Source: Eledone cirrhosa
Lineage: Eukaryota
DNA length: 64,000 nt
Direction of reading: 5' to 3'
Assembly: GCA_964016885.1 (NCBI GenBank)
Contig: OZ024744.1
Coordinates: 70,494,001 to 70,558,000 of the forward strand
Shown: piece by piece, positions 56,448 through 64,000 of the stretch
How positions within the stretch are numbered: position 1 is the stretch's first letter
How the letters are laid out: the number at the start of each line of letters is the position of its first letter
Program-made: the position numbers and the translations under genes
Notes under the pieces: generated by a model
Databases searched by the model: none
What the model saw: the letters and a program-made list of their open reading frames with translations, nothing else
Told to the model about the DNA's origin: nothing

Positions 56448-59145
56448 AAGTTAAAAACAAAAAACACAAAAACAATAACGAAGAGTGCAGTACAAACAGT
56501 GTTGGTATTAGGTTCACGCTTGAGAGTAGGGGTGGGGGACGACGTTTCGGGCATAAGCCCTTCATCAGCAGAAAAGTGGGAAAGAAAAGAGTTCCGAGGG
56601 TGTGAAGAGGAGTGATGGAAAGACATTAAAGGAGAGGGGGATTAAAGGGAAGGAAAAACATTAAAATAAGGGTAAAATAATTAAAATGAAACAAGTGGGG
56701 AAAGGGTGTGAGGCGTGTAGGGGTGGTGGTGGGTAGATGGAGAGGGAGGGAAGAAGGAAACAGGGGGACCGAGTGGGGAGGGCGGTAGGTGGTGAGTGTG
56801 TGTGTATGTGTGTAGGTGTACGTGTGTGTGTGGATGTGAGTGTGAGAGTTTGGGGAAGAACGAGGTTCCATGTTCGAGTAATAGAAAAACCGATGTGTAC
56901 AAGGGGTGGGGTGTAAGTCAGGGTGTGTGTGCGTTTGGATGGAAAGGTGTCGGAGGGGGTAGGCGAGAGGGGCGTGCGGAGTCCGGGGGCCGAGTATGTG
57001 TATGTGAGGATACGCACGTGTGTGTGTGTTTTGGTTTGGTGTGGGTACGTGGGAACGTATGGTTGCGTGTGTGCAAAACTAGTGTAAGTGTGTGTGTGTG
57101 TGTTCCTGAATGTATTCCCGGTGAGTGTAGGGACAGATGGTGAAAAGATCCGAATATAAAAAGGTGGATGTCTGGACCGTGTGAACAGTGGTGTAGGATC
57201 CGTGGAATGGTGCAGAGGAAATAGAGAGTTGTAGGGGGCGCGCGCAACAGGAAGTGGTCAAGAAGGTCAAGGCAGGCGGTGGAGAAGGCAGGGCGAAGGA
57301 TGCGAGAGAGGGAGAGAGAGAGGAGATAGCAGTTAGGAGGATGACAGACAGGTGAGTGGTAGGGATGGTCTGTATGTGTGTATGTGTGTGCGGAGGTGCA
57401 GTGGACAGGAGAGGAGGTGGGTTAGTGTGAAAAGTTGAGGGAGATGGTGGCGGAGTGTGGGGGGGTAGTCGTGTGTATATTAGTGGAGCTGTTAGTAGGA
57501 TGTGTGGGGGTGTTGGTAGTACGGGGGGGGGAGAGAAGGTGCTGGGTACAGTATGTGTAATGTACTAGTGTGTGTGTGCGTGTTTGGGTATGAGTGTGTG
57601 TGTGTGTGGTAGGGTGGGTGTTAGTATTATTAGTGGTGGGGGCTCGAATACGGACGTGTGGGTAGGGGTTAGTCGTGGTAGTGCGGATTTGGAGTGGGTT
57701 GTGTAACGGTGTGGGTGAGTGTATATATGCTGCGGCGTGGTGTGGGTGAGTGTATATATGCTTGTGTGTGTTCGTGTGTGTGTTGTGAGGGCGGAAAGTG
57801 GGTTGGAGGATGTTTAGTAACATTAGTGGTGGGGTGGTCGGATGTGGATGTGTGGGTGGGAGTTAGTGGTGGTAGTAGGGTGTGTGAATAGTGTGAGTGA
57901 GTGTATATATGTACTGGTGTGTGTGTGTGTGAGGGTTGAGGGTGTGGGTGCGCGTGTGATAAGGGGAGGGGTGAGGGTTGTTAGTATTATTAGTTGTGGG
58001 GTGGACCAAGCGTGTGGGGTGGCTGGAAGTGTAGGGGACGGGGAATCTGGGGAGTGTTTAGTGTGCGGGGCGGTCGAAGGCTAAAGGAGGGGGGGTCAGG
58101 CCGGGGGGTGTGTGGGTCTGTAGGGTGAAAATGATGTGTTGTTGTTGTTCGGCCCTAAGGCGGGTTTAGGAGGTTCCATGGCATTCGATCAGGCCACAGA
58201 CGGTGAGGTTGTTGGCGGAGTGTCCAGGGGAACCAAAGTGGCGGGTGATGGGGGAACTCCCGCCGAGACGAATATCTCGGAGGAGCTCCGTGAACCGATC
58301 CGTCAGGCGACGACGTCCGGTCTGTCCGACATAGGCTGAAGTCCATAGACGAGGTTGGAGGAGGTGCAGCTGAAGACAGAGTGTGGGCGTTGGGACCCTG
58401 GATGGTGGTGGTGTTGGTAATGTGAGGGGGCAGGTGTGGCAGCAGGGTCTGGAACAGGGAAAGGAACCAGGGGGGAACGGGGGTTGGGGGTAGGGAGCTG
58501 TGGATAAGGAGGTTGCGGAGGTTGCACGCGCGTTTGAAGGAGGGGAGGGGTGGGGATGGGAAGATAGGGGAGGTGGAGGAGTCGGACTGGAGGCGTCGGA
58601 AGAGGCGGAGGATGGTGTGGTGGAGGGGTAGGGTGGAGGTGTGGTGGATGAGGGGAATGGGGTAAGGGAAGATGGTGAGGGGCGTGGGGTGAGGGCGGTG
58701 GAGCAGCGGAGCGGCGGAATGCGCGGGCGCGAGTGAGGGCGGCGTGGACGAAGGAGGGGGGTAACTTCTCCGGATGAAATGGCTGACCAGGGACAGGGCC
58801 TGAGTCTCGATGTCAGCATCTCGGCTGCAGAGGCGGCGGATCCGGAGGAGTTGTGAGTAGGGAATGGAGTGTTTAATGTGTGTTGGGTGGGAGGAGGTAA
58901 AGTCGAGGTAGGAGTGGGAGGAGGTGGCTTTGAAGAGGGCGGAGGTGCCGAGCGAGCGGTGGGAGGGGTCGATGGCGATGGAGATGTCTAAGAAGTGGAC
59001 GTGGGTGGTGGAGATAGAGGTGGTGAAGTGGAGGGAGGGGTGGAAGGAGCAGAAGAAGAAGAGAAAGGAGTCGAGCTGTTCTCGTACAGTTCGGGCGACG
59101 GGCCGGTGTATTCGGCAAAGATTTGGGCCTCAACATGGCCAACGA
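56448..59145 (-). mobile_element. second, more degenerate copy of the C-rich PLE; hammerhead core 56539-56570
   Basis: AYVGQTGRRRLTDRFTELLRDIRLGGSSPI; CTGATGA-agggc/ttat/gccc-GAAA-cg-TC. Confidence 0.85.
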
Positions 59146-59465
59146 AAAGGCTTTCTTAGTTGGGGATATATATATATATATATATAACGGAGGAAATGTG
59201 GTAAGGAACCAGGTGGACCATAACGCTCCAAAGTACTCAATACTTAGGGTAGTAGAGTGGGTAATAGGAACGAGTAGGACCCCGACGGCTGAGCTCAAGC
59301 CGTTTCGACGGCTAATTCTGTACTAGCCGTCGAAACGGCTTGAGCTAAGCCGTCGGGGTCCTACTCGTTCCTATATATATATACACTCATACACACACAT
59401 ATATACGTATATATATATATACATATATATATATATACATACATATATATACATATATATATACA

Positions 59466-59547
<82 letters not shown>

Positions 59548-59550
59548 TAC

Positions 59551-59581
<31 letters not shown>

Positions 59582-60599
59582 TATAAATTTTAGTACAGCA
59601 TAGACGAAGCTCTAGTATACGGCCAAGTTAGCGTGTATGCTTATTCGGTTTGTAGCTTTAGCACTCATATGAGGTAAGACCCCAGAGTAATAACATTATG
59701 TTCAGACAGCTTAGCAAATTAGATATAGCAGTCGGCAGTCCGACCGCATTACTAGAGCAACGAAAATACAGGACCCAGGTAAAGATTGTTTACTGACCTG
59801 GACATAACGCTGAGGCTGGGTGTAAAATATACAATCCGCATGGCGTTTCCACAATATTGATCGCAAAATCGCACGCAGCGACAGCGCTAAATTTCTGCAA
59901 ATCCATGATCGACAAATTCCTATTGCAGGGGTCTGCAATATATATATATTGTTATATTTGGGGAGGGTCATTTTGTTATAATGTTGCCAGAAATAATGAC
60001 AAAAAACGGCTCACTGTTCAGTTGGGATTGGTTTTCGCTTCTGTATGTTTTATATGTCTATAGTTAATTTATCTGTCAATCAATACATATATACACATAC
60101 ATGTGAGTGTGTTGTGTAAATTCGTGTGTGCGTTTTTTGACACACGCACAAAATTGTCCCTAAGAAAAATAAATAGTCTAGGGGCAATAACTCTAAAGCA
60201 ATGCATCTAGAGTAATCTCTCTTAAATTATTTTATGTTGTGAATATTTATATGGCTTGACACCGATAACAAAGATTTCAAGAAGTTGTTGTCTGCATCCA
60301 TTTATTATAGGCTTACTGGTGTTTGATGGGATGAATACGGGATCTAAAGACCTAATCGCAGCAGCTGCAAGGGAAAATTTATTCGTGGTTTTGCGTTATT
60401 GCACGTATAAGGAAAATATAAGGAAAAGAAATTGAAAATGCAACTGGAGTCTTTTTAAGAATATTTATTTATTTCCTTTACCAGTTTCACAGTTCTTACT
60501 CTTTTCAAAAGTAGAATTGGTGTGAAGGATTGTGGTTTTTCTTACATCATAATTCTCTATATATATATATATTAAATGTAATCTGAGTTTTTCCAATAT

Positions 60600-61610
60600 T
60601 AATAATTGTTTCTACTTTAGGCAAAAGGCCAGCAATTTCCCAGTGTATTACTGGTACTTTATTTTATCGACCCCGTAAGGATGAAAGGCAAAGTCAACCT
60701 CGGGGTGATTTGAACTCAGATCGTAAAGGGACGTAACTATGCTGGAAAGCATGGCGTCCGACCCTCTACCGATACTGCCAATCCACCGCCCTCCAATATT
60801 TTCCAATATTAATAATTGTTTCTACGTTAGGCACAAGGCCAGCAATTATCTAGTGCATTACTGGTACTTTATTTTATCGCCCCCGTAAGGATGAAAGGCA
60901 AAGTTAACCTCGGCGGGATTTGAACTCAGAATGGCAAGGGCCGTAACTCTATACGTCAAAGCATGGCTTCCGACCCTCTCCCAATACTGCCAATCCACCG
61001 AATATTAATAATTGTTTCTACTTTAGGCACAAGGCCAGCAATTGCCCAGTGTCTTACTGGTACTATATTTTATCGACCCCATAAGGATGAAAGGCAAAGT
61101 CAACCTCGGCGGGATTTGAACTCAGATCGTAAAGGGACGTAACTCTGCTGGAAAGCATGGCGTCCGACCCTCTACCGATACTGCCAATCCACGCAATAAT
61201 GGTTTCTGATTTGAGCACAAGGCCAATAACTTTGGGGAAAATGGAAAGTCGATTAGATCGACCCAATACATTACTGGTACTTTATTTTATCAACCCCCGT
61301 AACGATGAAAGGCAAAGCTAACCTCGGCGGGATTTGAAATCAAAACGTAAAGGGACGTAACTATGCCGCGAAGCATGACGTCCGACGCTCTACCGATACT
61401 GCCAATCCACTGCCCTCTTCTGCATTAATTGTTTCTACTTTAGGCACAAGGCCAGTAAAATACCCCCAGTGCATTACTGGTACTTTATTTTATCGACCCC
61501 GTAAGGATGAAAGGCAAAGTTAACCTCGGTGGGATTTGAACTCAGAGGGTTTGGGCCATAACTCTATGCTGCAAAGCATGGTGTCTGACGCTCTACTGAT
61601 ACTGCCAATC
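60600..61610 (-). mobile_element. cluster of five head-to-tail tRNA SINEs
   Basis: Repeated ~190-200-bp SINE bodies. Confidence 0.85.
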
Positions 61611-61820
61611 CTTTTTCCTGCAACAAAGGATAGAGTTATTTCCCTGTAGTTGAAGCAGTCAAACTTCTTTCCTTTATGTTTGGACGTGGCTACATCGTAA
61701 AGGTCCCGTGGTAATTCGTCATCTTCCCAGCGGCAGGCAAAGAACTCACTGTATTTGGTGTACAATTCTGCATATACCATCTCCCTCATTCTTCACATCT
61801 CCGGTAGAATTTCTTTAATT
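61610..61820 (-). mobile_element. RTE RT fragment
   Basis: WEDDELPRDL..KGKKFDCFNYREITLSFVAGK. Confidence 0.65.
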
Positions 61821-61994
61821 CTTGTTTTTAATCAAATTTTTAGTTGTTTTATGGGCTTGACATGTCTCTTCTGTGACACTGGAGACATTTCCTGATTTCC
61901 TGTTCACGTTTTTTTTTTTTGTTTTTTTTTTTGTTAAATGGGCTTGACATGTCTCATCTGGGACTGGAACCATGTCCAGTTTACGTTTATTATT

Positions 61995-62535
61995 AGGGTT
62001 GGATTGGCAGTATCGGTAGAGGGTCGGATGCCATGCTTTGCAGCAAAGAGTTATGGCCCTTTATGATCTGAATTCAAATCCCGCCGAGGTTAACTTTGTT
62101 TTTCATCCTTACGGGGTCGATAAAATAAAGTACCAGTAATGCACTGGGATAATTGCTGGCCTTGTGCCAAAAGTAGAAATAATTATTAGGGTCGGACGCC
62201 ATGCTTTGCAGCAAAGAGTTACGGCCCTTTATGGTCTGAGTTCAAATCCCGCCGAGGTTAATTTTGCCTTTCATCCTTACGAGGTCGATAAAATAAAGTA
62301 CCAGTAATGCACTGAGATAATTGCCGACCTTGTACCAAAAGTAGAAATAATAATTGTTTCTACTTTAGGTACAAGGCCAGCAATTACCTAGTACATTACT
62401 GGTACTTTATTTTATCGACCCCGTAAGGATGAAAGGCAAAGTTAACCTCGGCGGGATTTGAACTCAAACCGTAAAGGGACGTAACTATGCTAGAAAGCAT
62501 GGCGTCCAACCCTCTACCGATACTGCCAATTATTA
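61995..62535. mobile_element. three tRNA SINEs (two +, one -)
   Basis: Same family as above. Confidence 0.85.
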
Positions 62536-62904
62536 TTATTATTATTTTTGTTTAGTTGTGGGATGCAATGGACATGGACTATTTTCGTGGTATTGAGGAA
62601 AGTCCAAACGGGTTCCGGCCTCCAATACAGCAGAGCCTGTTATTCGTTCATTTTCCTATTGTCTTCGACCACGTATATTTTATCAATTATATATATATAT
62701 ATATATATACATCTATATATGTGTGTGTGTGTGTATTTGTTGAAGTATATATACATTTTGGAGGGACACCTTGTATACACACACACAGACACATACATAG
62801 ACATACACGCACACATAGACACACAGACACACACATATATATATATATATTTCGTTTCTGAATTTTTTTAGCAAGATTCTTTATCTGAAAACGTGTGTTG
62901 AAAC

Positions 62905-64000
<1,096 letters not shown>

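Overview
Non-genic, repeat-saturated eukaryotic DNA. The SINE family and the very high (TA)n/(CA)n content suggest an octopod cephalopod (inference). I find no host exon, and most ORFs in the track are microsatellite read-through. Identifiable content: Penelope-like retroelements (PLE; RT and GIY-YIG), R4/Dong-like and CRE-like RLE non-LTR fragments, RTE LINE fragments, Helitrons, Tc1/mariner, pogo and hAT-like remnants, and many tRNA-derived SINEs. The main unexplained signal is RNA-structural. By eye I count roughly 40 type-I hammerhead ribozyme (HHR) motifs, intact or degenerate, from many unrelated non-coding modules inserted in (TA)n tracts. Two modules form tandem arrays with one HHR per unit: a 310-bp unit x6.4 at 35.8-37.8 kb and a ~430-bp unit x3 at 31.6-32.9 kb with further dispersed copies. 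These are candidate retrozyme / small circular RNA families. Several fold-back palindromes have axes or breakpoints inside the ribozyme. All structures were read by eye; nothing was computed or searched.
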